Source: Camelus ferus (taxonomy: Eukaryota). Taken from it: a stretch of DNA of 64,000 bases. Position numbers and translations under genes: made by a program. The stretch covers positions 25,854,001 through 25,918,000 of the forward strand of contig NC_045709.1 of the NCBI RefSeq assembly GCF_009834535.1, in the 5' to 3' direction. The notes below the pieces were generated by a model. The model saw only the letters and a list, made by a program, of their open reading frames with translations. It was not told the origin of the DNA and ran no database searches. Positions 49,325 through 61,808 of this stretch are shown one piece after another. Position 1 is the first letter of the stretch. Each line of letters opens with the position of its first letter.

Positions 49325-50095
49325 GTCTTTTTAAAAAATTTATCTTATAACTAGAAGTTTGTACCCAGGTACAAACTCCACCCACGCCACCCCACCCCAG
49401 CCCCGCCTCTGCTGTTCCTGTGAGTCCCGCTCCCTTAGATCCTACGTGTAAATGCGACCCTGCAGAACCTGTCTCTTGTCTGATTCACCTCGCTAAGCAA
49501 AACAGCCTCCCGTCCATCCGTGTGGCACGTGGTAGGACCTTCTTCCTTTTTATCACTGAATAGCATTCCTCTCTCTGTATCTATACTTACGTCTAAATTG
49601 GAATATTGTATACATAGTGGAACACAGACTATACATTTAATACATAATATGACGTACAGAGGAATACACATGTACACACAGACCCATATGCCATGTATGA
49701 CGTAGAGTGGGACACAGCACATATACTGCATCGCGCTGTACACAGTGGAATATGAACACATCACTTTCCATGCTCTCATCATGCACAGGCACCCAGGCTG
49801 TTTCTCCACTTGGCCGTTGTGAGTAAAGCTGCAATGAATGTGGTGATACAGGTATTTTTCCAAAACCCTGTTTCCATTTCCTCAGGAAAAACACCCGGAA
49901 GTGGAGTTGCTGGGGCATGTGGAGGATCTGTTTTTAGCTTCTGAGGGCCCTGCAGACCGTTTCCCACAGCGGCTGCACCAGTTTGCACTCCCACCCACCG
50001 CGCACGAGGCTCCTTTTTTCCCGCGACCTCACCGACACTTGTTATCTCCTGTCTTTTTGCCAGTTGCCCATTTTTCAGTGTTTTAAGGTCCTCAT
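49325..50095 (-). mobile_element. L1MA-type 3' end
   Basis: TTTATCTTATAACTAGAAGTTTGTACC...TTAGATCCTACGTGTAAATGCG...CCGGAAGTGGAGTTGCTGG...CCCACAGCGGCTGCACCAGTTTGCACTCCCACC. Confidence 0.82.
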
Positions 50096-51109
50096 GCCCT
50101 TTGCCTGCCCCGTCTGTCCCCACCTTGTTACCAGAGCATCCCAGCCTGGGTCGACTCTGCGTCCCAGTCACACTCCAGAGGCGCCTCCTCTGTGGCGTGG
50201 GGGAACCACGTGAATTTCGACAGTGCCCGACATTCAGCGACCTGCTGCTGTGATCTGTGGCTTGGCTTTTGCAGGGGGACATTTGTAAAGACCTCTAAAA
50301 ATCTTTATTTCCCACAATGGAATGAGAAGTCGTTACCAGTGCACAGGTTCTGAGGCCGGAGTTCTCCGACCGGCTTTACCATTCACACGTGGATGGTTCT
50401 GGAGAGTCTCAGAGTCACAGGCCTGGACCCCAGTGAAGGAGTCTAAGCCTCTGCTCAGGAAGAGGTGACCAAGGAACACGTCGTGCTGCCAGCTGAAGGC
50501 AGACATGGGACATCAGCGAGGGGGCGGGCCCCAGGTGCCACCCGGCGGGGTCAGGACTGAGCCCAGCCTCTCTGAGCCTCCGCTTCTTCGACTTTAGAAG
50601 TTCAGATAGTGAGGGCTGCCGCCTGGAAAAGGACTGGGTGGCAGACGGGACAAGACCAGACTTGAGCCAGAGACTGAACACTGGTTCAGAGCAGGGCCGG
50701 TCTGCCCTCCGCTGTGGGAACATCCCAGCCTCTGGGCGTCAGAGAGGGAAGAGCGTCCACCCGGACGGGGTGGGGCCCTCATGCCCCCTCCCCTGTGGTC
50801 CTGCGCGGCGTGGTCCAGGCACCGGCCGTACAAGATGAACGCGACCTCGACTGTGATGTCACGGTGGGGCGAATATTCCTAGTTCTTATCTGAAGTTAAA
50901 CACTTTTTGTTTTTATAAAAATGACCGCAATGGTGTCTTTATAGCCGGAAAGCTGGGCTAATGCAATCCACGCTGGCTTTACTTGGGGATCGCCCCGGAG
51001 TTTGATGTCTTCGTTTCACACTGAGGGAGCTGAGCCCGGAGTGCGTGGGTTGTGCAAGCTCGTGGAGCAAGACCTGGCGGGTGTCGGAGGGGTCGCCTGC
51101 TCTAGCAGT

Positions 51110-51225
51110 TCCACTGTGCAGAGGGGGAAGTGAGACTCAGAGACTTTGACTTTTTCAAGATTAGTCAGTCGACAAATTAGGATGAGGTCTCAGATCTGTT
51201 AAGCCACCCAAGTACTTTAAAAATT
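51110..51225 (-). mobile_element. MIR remnant
   Basis: CCACTGTGCAGAGGGGGAAGTGAGACTCAGAGACTTTGACTTTTTCAAGATTAGTCAG. Confidence 0.5.
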
Positions 51226-53994
51226 TTTTGAAAATAATGGTCCATGAAAAGCAGTAGTAAAAGACACTAATATAATGACTTTGGGCGTGTAGACACTTCA
51301 GGAAACATCCATTGTCTACAGGAGTTTTCCATCTTGTACAGAAGATTCTCAGCCCTTCAGTGACTTAATAATAAATCATCAGGTTAGCAGTGGCTCCGAG
51401 ACCCCACGGTCTGGGGTATCCTTCATCTTTGTGAATTCCTTGCTGTTTGATCACAAACCAACGGGCGCCACCCAGGAGGTGGCGTGTGCTGCGGGCAACG
51501 TCAGTGCTCATGGAGATGCTGGTGGCAGCACCACCAGCAGGCGCCCTGACTCCCGGCAAGGGAAACAGGCTTGGCTGCTGGATCATTCCGCACCCTGAGA
51601 AGAGAATTCTTCATTTATTTTCTGAGCTGCTGGAGTGTAACAGACCCCCGTGCTCCACAAAATGCAGAGCTTCCAGTTTTTTGCTCAGTTGGCGAATGGT
51701 AAGTGAATCAGTCAGAGATTCAGTGGGTGGAGTGAAGTCTGGAGGTTGGGAAGTGAATCTGGATCTCACTTCGGGTTTAGGGGGCCCAGTCTGGTCTCCC
51801 AATTCTCCACCTTTAAAATGCCCTTGACAATTCATATGCATCTACTTCTACACCCTCAGCCGCACGTTTCCAGGACACACGTCTCTAAACCGGATTTAAT
51901 CAGCTGTGCCCTTGGGGAGGGCAGGTTAGAGCTCTGCCCTCATTTCAGGCTCCCAGGAAGAGGCCTGTGTAAACTCCAGGTGGCCGCAGTCTGCGCTGGA
52001 AGGGGCACCGCCCGAGGCTGACCCACTGTGTCACACAGCACCCCTTCCCCCAGTTAATCCGTGTTCTCTGAGCTGTTTCACAGACTACTTTACATCATCG
52101 TCCCAACGAGACAGCCCATTGGGAGTCTAACCACTCCATTCTGAATTTCGCCCACGTCACTTAAGAATCTGACTTTTTACAACGAACTTACAAGAGGCAG
52201 AATTCCGCTGTCGTCCTCCTGAGCTTGAAGGTCCTAGGGCTTAGGCAGCGTGACGGCGTCACGGTGTCCTTCTTGGACTCCACTTTCTCCATTTCCCGCT
52301 CTTGGGTTCTGGTCCGTCTAACTTTCCAAACAAGGTCATCTGCTCCCTGAGGAAATGGGACTAAATGCGTGTCCTTAGCAGCAGCGCCTGCCTCGCTGGG
52401 TGACAGTCACAGCAGGCCCGTTACAAAATCCGTTCTCCAGTCTTCCATTTTTCTCCAGCTCTTCCTTCACCTTTTTTTTTTCTCATATGCTTTAAAATTC
52501 TTAGCAGTCTTCCCTCCTAACCGCACAATATCAAAAGCTCTCTGTGCTAATCCTCTCCCAGGCCGCCTCAATTAATCACTTCTTTATTACAGACTTGGCG
52601 TCCTGCCCTCGCATCTCCGCGCGCGCTTCCCCGGCTTTGCTTCCGCGACGCCAGGGCTCCTCCTGCTCCCCTGGGCCGCCGCGTCCCTCTCAGGCTCACA
52701 CGCTCATTTCTTTCTCCGTTGTTGTGCGGTTCTCCATTTCACCTTCATTTACTCTCCCTCCGGCAAATCCACTGGCTTGCTCGTGACTCAGTAAACACCG
52801 CCGCGGCTGTTCCGTCCTTCCTGCCCCCGCGGGGCCGGGGTGTCCGCGGGCAGAACAGGGGCTGCGGGTGCCAGGGCTTCCTGAGCCCCAACTGCGGGCA
52901 CTGGCTGGGCTCCGAGGACCTCCTGCTGGAAACCTCTGGACTCTCCACAGAAAGGCTGCTCCCTGCCCGGCTGACGCAGGAGGGCGAGTGGCTGGGCCCC
53001 ACCAACACCCACCACGGCCCGCACTACCCTCTCTCTGGGCGCTGCCCACCCCCACCAGCCGATCCTGCAAACTTGACCCTGCCCTGGACCCAAGGACCCC
53101 GCAGGCTGGGCACGGCCTGGCCCGGGGTCTGCTCCTCCCTGTGACAGAGGCTCCGCCGCTGACTTCACAATGGCCACGAGGGCCTGAGCTCCCCCAGGAG
53201 GAGAGGTCTTCGTCGACGCAGGCTTTGTGGGCATCACTGCTGGGGCTCACGTCACCCCCAAAACGACTATTTGGGGTCTGGACTTACTCATTAGTGATAA
53301 ACTTAGTTTTCAATGGCGCAATTGACAGTGAAAGTGCCCCATAAAGGTTTTCAGATGTAAAGCAGTCCATTCTAATGTGAAATAGCTGACGTTTTATGAT
53401 ATGTGTTTTTTTTCCAAAGGTCTATATTAAAACTAACTTCCCATCTGATTATAGCCAAGGAAGACAATTCTTGATACCTATTTAACTGCCCTAAAACACA
53501 AGCCTTATCTGAAATAATAGTTATCTGCTGAACTCAGCAAACATGCCCTGAACACCCCTTACTCCTGTGGGGACTCAGCTGTGACACAAACTGAGAAAAC
53601 CCCCTAAACATCCTTGACGGTGCTCTAAACCCTCGGACACAAGTGGTCTCCCCACTGGTGTGTTTAAGGATGAAAAAGGCAAAGTCAGGGAAAGATGCTT
53701 CCCGAATTTCCTTGTGCCTGGCGGGGCATCGGGGACTTTCGCGGACCATCACCACGTCCTGTCGGGTACGGGAGGCTGAGGTGGCACCGGAAATAAGACT
53801 CGGTGCCAGAAGTGGGCCGTTTTCTCAGCCTGCAACCCCTGCTCACTTCTGGTCCCCGACCACAGCTCCTCCCACAGCTTATCTGCCCGGTATGTCCATC
53901 TCACCCAGAGCTGGGCAGGGGGGCAGCTGACACCCCCAGGGTGGAGCCACTGGTCCCAGGTGGCCACCGAGGCATGAAACCCAGCCGGACGGAG

Positions 53995-54470
53995 ATCTGC
54001 ATTCCATGGTTCTGGACAAATGTAGGGAGCCTCGTGTCCACCAGTTCTGCGTCCTACAGGACAGCCTCCCTGCCCCGGCTCCTCTGTGCTCTGTCTGGTC
54101 ACCCCTCCTCCCTCCCCAGCCCCTGGAGCCCCCATCTGTTTACCGTCCCCAGGGTTTTGCCTCGTCCAGGATGTCACATGCTTGGACTCACACAACATGG
54201 GCTTTTGCACTCAGTAACCACATTTAAGGCTCCTGCACACCTTTGTGTGGCTTGAAAGCTCTTTTATTTTCAGTGCTGAGTGATCTTCCCCTGTCTGGAT
54301 GCACCAGCCTACCCATTCACCCACCTACTGAAGGGCATCTTGGTTGCGTCCAAGACGTGGTGATTGTGAGTGAAGCTGCTGCAAGCACCTGTGTGTTGGG
54401 TTTTGTGCATCTGCAAGTCTTCTGCTCGTCTGAGTAGATACCAAGGGGCACGGCTGCTGGATCGAAAAGC
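53995..54470 (-). mobile_element. L1MC1/L1MC2-type 3' end
   Basis: CATTCCATGGTTCTGGACAAATGTA...TCCTCTGTGCTCTG...CACCTACTGAAGGGCATCTTGGTTGCGTCCAAG...AGATACCAAGGGGCACGGCTGCTGGATC. Confidence 0.8.
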
Positions 54471-54479
54471 GTATTTTCA

Positions 54480-54610
54480 GTATATTGGACTAAACAAAGT
54501 ATATTGTTGAAATTACTTTTCCTGATTTCTTTTTACTTTTAAGAAATGTGGTTACTAGGAACATGTGCTCACCTACGTGGCTCACGTTGGATTTCTCCCT
54601 GACCGCTGGT
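54480..54610 (-). mobile_element. MER33/MER3-like hAT-Charlie fragment
   Basis: ATATTGGACTAAACAAAGTATATTGTTGAAATTAC...TTTCTTTTTACTTTTTAAGAAATGTGGTTACTAGGA...GTGGCTCACGTTGGATTTC. Confidence 0.65.
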
Positions 54611-55320
54611 CTGGAGACCCCAGGGGACCCCTTGGGAAGACGACCGTGACACCGGCCCGGCTGGGCTGCAGGCTGGAAAGGCTCGCTTGCAGGATGCGCC
54701 CGAGGCTCGCAGGCACTGACTGGGTTTCCTGCTTCTCGGGGTGTTTTACCGTCGTGCGGTCGGGGTGCAAGTGGTGAGCGCCACGTGTGGAGTAACAGTG
54801 GGGGCGCAGGTGGAGTAAGGAGGGACGGGAGACAGTCGGTCGCGGACACAGGACGACAGCCCCACGAGGGGCCGCGGCGAAGCGCGGCTGGAGACTAGGA
54901 GGAAGGTGAAGCGTACGGAGAAGTGAACCAGGGTAGCACTGGGCGGGGGCATGAGCTGTACGGGGGGCGGGCAGGTGTCCTCTGCATTTAGCAAAAACGA
55001 AGCAGGGCGTTTAAACCACGTCACTCACAGGAGGCTCCCAGAGGGGCTCGTTTCTCAGAGTTTTGCCATCAAAAAATGAAATACATGAAGAAAAAACAGC
55101 CTGCTATTCCACCAACCAGATAACCCCAAACATATAGAAGTAATTCATACAATGACGAGGGAAAGCAAACATCACAGAAAAGTACGTATTAAGCAGTGGA
55201 AATCCCTCACAGCCACCTTAACCACCCATAAGTTCCTGGTTCTCTCAATAGTTATTTACTGGTGATGGTTTCTTGGGTTCTCATTTAGAAAAAATAAAAG
55301 GATAAAGACAGCCTCTTTAT

Positions 55321-55470
55321 CTATTCTTTCATCCATTTATCCATTATCTACCCATCCAGCCTTCCTATTCACCCACTTACTCACCCAGCTATCCACTCAT
55401 CCATTCATCACCCACCCACCAGTACCTCCACCCACCCATCCACCCATCCTTCCACCCATATATACACACA
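55321..55470. repeat. Degenerate (CCAT/CACC)n low-complexity tract
   Basis: CATCCATTTATCCATTATCTACCCATCCAGCC...CCACCCACCCATCCACCCATCCTTCCACCCA. Confidence 0.85.
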
Positions 55471-56289
55471 AGTTTAATTCTAACTAACGATCAAGAAGTC
55501 TTCAGGGTTTCATAAGAGAGCACGGCCAGACAGCTGGAGGCATTCTTACACAGGCCCGTCCTCCACCTGGCTAATCCTGAGCTCTGACTTCGCCCACAAG
55601 GCAAGTTTCAGTAGGAAATACGCTTGGATCAACCATCTCTCAACTCTCCTCCCTCACTGTGCTTTGAGAATTGAGAATTGTTGTCTAGGACTGGGATGGC
55701 TCCTCAGAAAGTAGCTTTATGAAAAACCATAAGTAGAATTTCTAGTTGGCAACTTATGTTTGTGTGAAATCCTCAAACGCATGGAAAAAACACGGAAATA
55801 GGACCTGCAGCTTCTTGGATCGTGAACATTTTACCTGAGCACAGGTGGCGGTGCCAGGGTAAGCCCTGACTCTTTCGATCAAAACCTTTATGGGGCTCCA
55901 GGGAGCAGGGATGCTGTGCCCCGCGGGGGCAGTCCCAGCACACACAGCCGAGTGTAGACGCAGACTGACCGACCGAGGAAAAGCAGGAGGCCGTTTTGAA
56001 CAGGTTGTGGTTCTGTAAGGTCAGCTGCTTAATACCAACTGGTTGAGACTCGGGTGCAGGTCCAGATTTTATGGGGCCTGATGTCTAGAATTTGGGGTAT
56101 CCTCTTTCATACAGGCATAAACAATGGCAAACATAAAAGTAAAAAGTGACATTCGATCCAGAACCTCAGAGGGACCCGGTGGGGTGGGGGGGAGAGGCCT
56201 GACCTGCTGTCTCTGTAGCTCCGTTCGGGTCGGTCTCTGCTGTGGCCTGAGCCCGCTGCTCGGACGCTGTGGTCGTTGGAGTTACAGGA

Positions 56290-56500
56290 GGGCTCCTCGG
56301 TCGGGGGCTGTTTCTCCCAGGGGACATCTGCCAAAGTCTGGTGACAGTTTTGATTGTCCCGACTAGGGGAGGGAGTGTGCTACGGGCATCCCGTGGGTAG
56401 AGGCCAGGGATGTGGCTGAGCGTCCTGTAATGCACAGGACGGTCCCCAGAACAAGGGCTCATCCGACTCCAAGTGCCAACAGTGCCAAGACTGAGAAGTC
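56290..56500 (+). mobile_element. MER20 (hAT-Charlie)
   Basis: CCCAGGGGACATCTGCCAAAGTCTGGTGACAGTTTTGATTGTCC...GGGTAGAGGCCAGGGATGTGGCTGAGCGTCCTGTAATGCACAGGAC...CAACAGTGCCAAGACTGAGAAG. Confidence 0.88.
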
Positions 56501-57564
56501 CGGAGTTTGGCTGGAGACTTGCTCCTGCAGGACGCCGTGTTTCTGGTCAATCAGCTCAACCGTGGGGCCCACGGGGTGGTTTACAGGGTGCACCCACAGA
56601 CTTGGTGCCATTGGACGGAGGTGAACGTTGGTCTGTGCTGGGTCGTGGAGCCCCCTGAACTGCTCCTCTCCCAGAGCTCTCAGACCCCCACCCATTCGAC
56701 AGTGTGACGGCTCAGGGCCAGTTTGTACCTCTGAACAATCGTGCGCATCCTTTGTGCTCAGCCCCCAAACAGCACTTACATCCACTACCTCTGCACGAAA
56801 TTAATATATTTTAATGCTTACACCCATAAATCATTCACTTCAGAATTCTCATCTCTTATGAATAAGTTCATCATTTTCATTCACATTTTGTCACAAAAAT
56901 TAGGAGTTTAGCTTTCTGAAAATTCCATTTTCCACTTGTCTTTCATGTGTGGCGAGACAGCAAACCAGCAGATTGGCTTTTCTTTCATCACAGCAGAGGA
57001 GGATGCGCTAGAACCTAACACAATCAAAACAAATTGCTTAGGAAAATAATTCCTTTATTTAAAGGAATTACCAATAAGCAGGCTGCTTTCATGGGAGACA
57101 AACACTGCCACGGAGCTGGCCAGGGTCGGAGAACGTGGGTCTGAATTACACTCTCTTCTGCAGTTACTGTTCCAAATTATAGCAATACTTGCGTCTTGTG
57201 AATGACTTTGAAAGTGGGGTAAGATAAACACCATGGAGAACCGACTGCTCCTAACATCGCTTCACACGGGTGGCGCCAAAAGGAAACCGTCTTCTCTTGT
57301 GTCTGACGGCTGGTGGTTCCTTAGTCGATGCGGCACCACGTGGCCAAGGGTGGTCTCATGTCACGTGCACCCACCGGCCCCACTCCTCACGGAGATCCCC
57401 CGCATGGTGCACAGTTCTTGTCTGCAAAACCAGGCTGGCCAGGGAGTTATTAAAACAACAGTTTCCACCGGAGAAGCGTGCCTGCATACAACGTCCTCGC
57501 CTGGCGTCTGCTCCTGCGAAATGAAGCCCACGCCGGTGGCGCGTTGGCGGATTCAGAACATCCG

Positions 57565-57702
57565 NNNNNNNNNNNNNNNNNNNNNNNNNNNNNNNNNNNN
57601 NNNNNNNNNNNNNNNNNNNNNNNNNNNNNNNNNNNNNNNNNNNNNNNNNNNNNNNNNNNNNNNNNNNNNNNNNNNNNNNNNNNNNNNNNNNNNNNNNNNN
57701 NN
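57565..57702. other. Assembly gap (138 N)
   Basis: Run of N in the sequence. Confidence 1.
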
Positions 57703-57739
57703 CTGTCTTCGGGCCATTTTCACCGTATGAATGAAGGAA

Positions 57740-58090
57740 GGAGGTAAATCAAAGTTATCCCAGGATATTACTCATAAGAGGCTGAAGTATCTTCATGGGC
57801 AGATTAATTCTGTGGGGAAATAACATTAAATCTTTCCGAAGCCTTGAAATTTCTCAGAAGCATTCTTACCGCTTTCTTGCCACAGACGCAGTCATCGGGC
57901 TGGATAACCTGGCGTCTTAAATAACTTGGCACTCAAGCCCTGTCAATTCCATTTTCCAAGGTTAATTGATTATTTCAACAAGCATTCTTGCCAGAAAAGA
58001 CCTGAGTGCTTACATCTTTTCATTAATTCATGCTGTTTGGTGAGAAGGTGAAAAATAAGCAGGCAGGCCTGGATTTAACTCTGTCAGTCC
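57740..58090. promoter_or_regulatory. Candidate enhancer (AT-rich, homeodomain motifs)
   Basis: GATTAATT, CATTAAA, TGTCAATT, GGTTAATTGATTAT and CATTAATTCA in a repeat-free block between GC-rich flanks. Confidence 0.35.
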
Positions 58091-59339
58091 CCGGTCTCCG
58101 GCGGGGGGCGGCAGGGCTGGGCTCAGCTTCACGCCCTCAGCCCGCAGCTCTGTCTGCAGAGCGGGAAGGGGTCAGAGCGGCACCCTCGGCGCCCAGGTCC
58201 GGGCCTCGGGCACACCAACTTGTTTCTAAGAAAAGCAGCTGGTTTCCTGGACCCTTCCCTGCAGCTCCAGGGCCGCTCGCACTGGACGTGCTGTCGGGGG
58301 CTCTGGGGAGGACTGGTTCTGTCCCTGGCCACACATCCATCACCAGCCATCGTGTCCTGGTCACCGAGATCCTTCTTTCCAGAGGCCCAGACAGGCCTCT
58401 GAGGGTCACCCTCCCACAACGGTGCCACAGCTCAGCGGCTGAATGGCAGAACCCAGCCGTAAACTGGATTTCTTTTTCACGGGCGTTAAAACTGTGCAGA
58501 CGTGAATGCCTCTTACAAAGAGAGGCAGCACCCCGAGCCCCACTGGCCTGAGGAAGAGCTGGCGCACCCGGAGCCCCGGCGCGGCGCTGCTCGTCTCGTT
58601 CGCACACGGCCACTTCTAAGCGAGACGCCAAGAGGCGCTGGCGATGAGGGGCTCCTCTCTAAAGTTCTGTTTCCCGAGCCCCCTTGCTGCAACGGACACT
58701 AACTTCTCTCCATCTTCTTTTTTTCCCACTCAAAGAACACCTGCAAATCCACCCTTTTCAGCTCAGAGTCGGGGGCCTGCAGCCTCCCCTGCTGTCCCCC
58801 AGCCTCGCCTCATTTTGGGGCAGTCCTCCCCACTCCCTGCGTGCTTGGTACAGCCAGAGTGCCAGCCAGACGGGGGCAGGCGGGGGCCGGGACACTGGGG
58901 TGGGGTGCAGTCTGGAGGGGCCACCGTCCCTCCCGCCCTCCATGCTTCCAAATGGAAGCTGCCACCCGCCCAGGAATTGGAAGGAGGAGCCACGGCTTTA
59001 TTTACAGAACCCTAGAGATATCACAGTCAACAAGCACTAATCACGATCATTACCCCAAATCATACGAGATGACGCTGCTGGCCGCTTCTGCAGCTCGCTG
59101 CTCACTGTTTGTTCCTTTTCTCTTCCTCTTGGAAAAGCAAAACCATCAGGACAGCCGGGGTCCCAGCAGTGGTAACGTGCGTAAACACACGTGAAGGGCT
59201 CGCTACAGGGGAAGTCAGCGCGGGAAACACGGAGGCCGGAGCGTCCTTGGTTCACCGGCTCTGAGACGTGACAGGTATTCTCGGCCTCCGTGGAATTATC
59301 TGAGCCCGGTAGGAATCCCGGTGTCCAGGACTGTCAGGG

Positions 59340-59510
59340 GACTATGATTAGACACGTTTAATTAGGATCTACCCTGCTGCTCCTAACAAGCGTTTAATTA
59401 ACTTCTAGGCAGGGTAATTAGCTCTCGACGGCGCCAATTTCCTCCCTCACCTTCTGCTGACACTTGGCCCGCACAGAGCCGCCCAGCGAGCTGACAGCGT
59501 AATGGATGCG
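59340..59510. promoter_or_regulatory. Candidate enhancer with three TAATTA cores
   Basis: CGTTTAATTA at 59355 and 59391, GGTAATTA at 59413, then TGACAG and TAATGG downstream. Confidence 0.45.
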
Positions 59511-61346
59511 TCGTCGGGGGCCGGGCCCGACATCAAGGCTGAGTCTCGCCCTCTCCCCGTTCCTTCTCAGCCCCCCTCCTCCAGAGTTCCCAGAGTCCCC
59601 TCCTGGTCCTCCTGTTCTCTCTGACCCACACACTCTCCCGCCTCCGGCTCCCTTCCCCCTCCGCGTGGTGGCAGAAAGACGGATCTCTCTGCAACAGTGG
59701 TCCTGGTCCCGCACGCTCTTGGGCGGCCCCCAGGCTTCGGCTGGGGGGTTCCCCTTTCTAGCAAGGGCTCTTCCCACCTGGGAAGCCGCTCAGCCCGGTA
59801 AGTGCGGTTCCCCCCGCGTGCAGCCCCTTCATCGGCCCCCCGGTGACCCCGAGGCACCCCTCTCCTGGCCTCCCTCACGGCTCTTCTCGCTCCTGGCCTG
59901 CCCGGTCCCCCAGCAGGAACTGGCCCAGGTGACACTCAGGCTGCTCACCCCACAGGCTCTCAGCGCCTGCCTGTGACAGTCCTGCGCCCCCGGGACTTAA
60001 CGCCCACTGTAGAGCTCACTGCAGACCCACGTGGGCAGGTGACAGCTTACACGGACATTTACATACATGTGTTCCTTTCAGATTTTTAAAAATCCCCTTT
60101 TAAATTCACAAGGAGGAGCTCACGCCTCAAGGAAGAGTGGTGAGAAACATCTGTATATTGAAGAATGTAACAACCCCTCTCCCCAGTTAACTTTTGTGCC
60201 AATTTGGATTTCTGAATTCCAGGCCGATGGGAAGCGGATATATTTGCATACCACTTGAGAAGGGCTGGCCAACGGGACACGGTGCAATATTTTCCAATAA
60301 AATGCAATTATGATGACTACCACACAGCAAAAACTGGCGAAATCCAGGCGTGGGGGCCGTTGCTCCTTTTGCAGAGTCTGAAGGAACCTTTAATAACAGT
60401 GGTTCGGGACGAGAATAGGGGTGCGACAGGCCCTTGCACTCAACCCCAGCACATTAGACATACTTGGCCGTGCTGTTTTAAAGACCACAAGCAACATTAT
60501 AATTGCTTGTAATTGATTTCAAATGTGTGTTTAACAGATTTCGGTTGTTTCCAACCACTACGGTGGAGGCGTGGAGTCCTCGTGAGTGTCCAGAGTGAAG
60601 AAGCAGTGCTCCCCGGTGGAAGTCTGACCCCAGCTCTGCTACCTGACCCCGTCCACACCTCTCCTTGGCAGGAACGCTGGAGGATGGGCTGGAGTGGGAA
60701 CTTGGGGCCATGGAAGCAGCTGTAAGGCGACTTCCAAAAGAGCATTCTCAACAAAGTGCACTCGCACCACAGCTGTGGACGGCCAGGCGGCCAAGGGCCA
60801 GGCCGGACACCCGGCCCCTCGCTGGCCTCTTCCGCCTTATTTGGGTGGGATGGAGAGGGTGACTAAAGACACATTCAGACCTGCCAGGGTCTGCAGGGTT
60901 TGAGAACTGAGCAAAGGAAACCAAAAAGATGGGAACAGTTTCATTCTTCTTACTCACACAGACGCTCAAACACAAAACCACAACCAGCAACAGAGGAAAC
61001 CTTGTCAACGCCAGTCACCCCCACACCTGTGCGTCACCCCACAGAGCTCCTGCAGTGCGGCGTTCGGACGGCAGACTCCCTGACAGACGGGCGAGAGCTC
61101 CGTGGCCTGGGGTGAGCAGGTCGGGTCATTTTCAGCCTGGGTTCTTGGAAGATGCTCCGAGGATCAGGGTTGGGTGGGTGGGCATCTGCGTCCCCGCCCT
61201 TCGCTGTTACCTGCTTTACGTGGTGGGATTCAAAGTGCAAGAAATCCCTGCGCTGCCCCCTTCTCTTACCTTCAAAGGTAAGAGGACTGAGCTGGAGACT
61301 CGTGCGGCTGGCTGGCAGCGACCCCTCCCCAAGACACAGGCAGTGG

Positions 61347-61808
61347 GGGTGCTAGCTTGCTGGGGCTGCCGCAGCAAAGTGCCACGAACGGGCAGGTTAA
61401 AACAAAGGGGACCTGTGGCCTCCCAGGCTGGAGGCAGAGCCCGAGGTCGAGGTGCCTGCGGGCTGGTCCCTGCTGAGGCCGGGAGAGGGGTCTGTGTCAT
61501 GCTCGCCGCCAGCGTCTGGTGGCTCCTGGAGACCCCTGGTCTGCAGACGCATCACCCGTCTCCGCCCCCATCGTCACCCGGCGTCTCCCCGTGTGCACCT
61601 GTGTCCAAACTTCCCCTTTGTGTAAGGACACCGCGCGTAAGGGATTAGGGTTAGAATTTGTAAGGACGCCTCATCATGATGGATGACTGGATGCCCTTCC
61701 TTAACCAACCGTGGGCTGTGACGCTATTTCAGACAGGGACACCTTCACAAGTCCTGGGGGTCAGGACTTCAGCATCTTCACGGGGACACAGTTCAGCCGC
61801 CCATGACA
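61347..61808 (-). mobile_element. MLT1C-like MaLR solo LTR
   Basis: GCTAGCTTGCTGGGGCTGCCGCAGCAAAGTGCCAC...TGTGTCCAAACTTCCCCTTTGTGTAAGGACACC...GGGGTCAGGACTTCAGCATCTTCACGGGGACACAGTTCAGCC...CATGACA. Confidence 0.85.

Noticed and set aside
6974-57747. ORFs containing long X runs (near 7.0-7.4, 11.0-11.4, 37.6-37.9, 43.9-45.0, 47.7-48.0 and 57.2-57.7 kb, including the 355-aa and 295-aa calls)
   Set aside because: They stay open only because N-gaps contain no stop codons; they are artefacts.
60242-60249. Octamer motif ATTTGCAT
   Set aside because: A single 8-mer with no adjacent SOX site or snRNA proximal element; chance occurrence is likely.
61645-61654. TTAGGGTTAG as a possible interstitial telomeric repeat
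   Set aside because: It is under two units and lies inside the MLT1 LTR, whose recalled consensus has GGATTAGGG at this point.
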